From the NCBI RefSeq assembly GCF_048593235.1, contig NC_133618.1, positions 75,116,478 to 75,180,477 on the forward strand: a DNA stretch of 64,000 nucleotides. Reading direction: 5' to 3'. The notes under the pieces were generated by a model. That model saw nothing but the letters and a program-made list of their open reading frames with translations. It did not search any database and was not told the DNA's origin. Positions within the stretch are counted from its first letter, which is position 1, and each line of letters starts with the position of its first letter. The stretch comes from Sminthopsis crassicaudata (Eukaryota). Below are positions 63,620-64,000 of the stretch, in pieces. The position numbers and the translations under genes were made by a program.

Positions 63620-64000
63620 TATTGAGGCTTGTATCATAATTCTTTAAAATAAAGGTGAGAATATATATTATAATAATAATTTGGAAAGTTGGAATTGAAA
63701 CATATCCTTTTTGATCACTTTGCTTCCATTTCACTGATTCCTTTCCCATATATCTTCAGAGCAAGTTATCTTTGTTCAATACACTTTTTATTACATTTCT
63801 CCCCTGAACAAATACTATTCAATATTTCCATCCCTAACTGACTTTTCCTGCCTCAAGCCCTCTACTCCCCTGCCCATAGCCTACATTCCAAATAGTCTAG
63901 TTTTGTACATATTTCCCCACCTTTGTATTTCAGTTCACCTTATCCTTAAAAATCCAACTCAAATTCATCTTCAGTCATTCAATCAATTTTTATTAAATAT

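Overview
Marsupial olfactory-receptor (OR) cluster. WSINE1, MAR1, marsupial RTE/HAL1 repeats and an OC1 hAT MITE point to an Australian marsupial, probably a dasyurid such as the Tasmanian devil (inference, not verified). The window holds five ORs with intact reading frames: one OR1D-like gene on the minus strand (509-1441) and four OR1E-like paralogues on the plus strand (E1 21264-22223, E2 41868-42833, E3 48453-49418, E4 62669-63619). This OR1D/OR1E pairing matches the human 17p13.3 cluster. E1-E3 lie in tandemly duplicated units (about 14.1-25 kb, about 33-44.2 kb and about 44.3-50.7 kb); E4 is an older paralogue. Each OR1E copy has a homologous upstream module with a homeodomain site next to O/E (Ebf) sites, a short predicted 5' exon with a GT donor, a 2.8-7.3 kb intron and an acceptor directly before the start codon (AG|ATG). 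Splicing as predicted creates out-of-frame uORFs that overlap the OR start codon. The coding regions show gene-conversion mosaicism around a hypervariable TM5 patch. The rest is mostly L1, HAL1, RTE/BovB, L2, CR1, MIR/WSINE1 and solo LTRs, plus three assembly gaps. I found no clearly novel gene family. The best candidates for new biology are the promoter/uORF architecture, the conversion patchwork and several unusual junction events. Repeat boundaries and family names were read by eye and are approximate.
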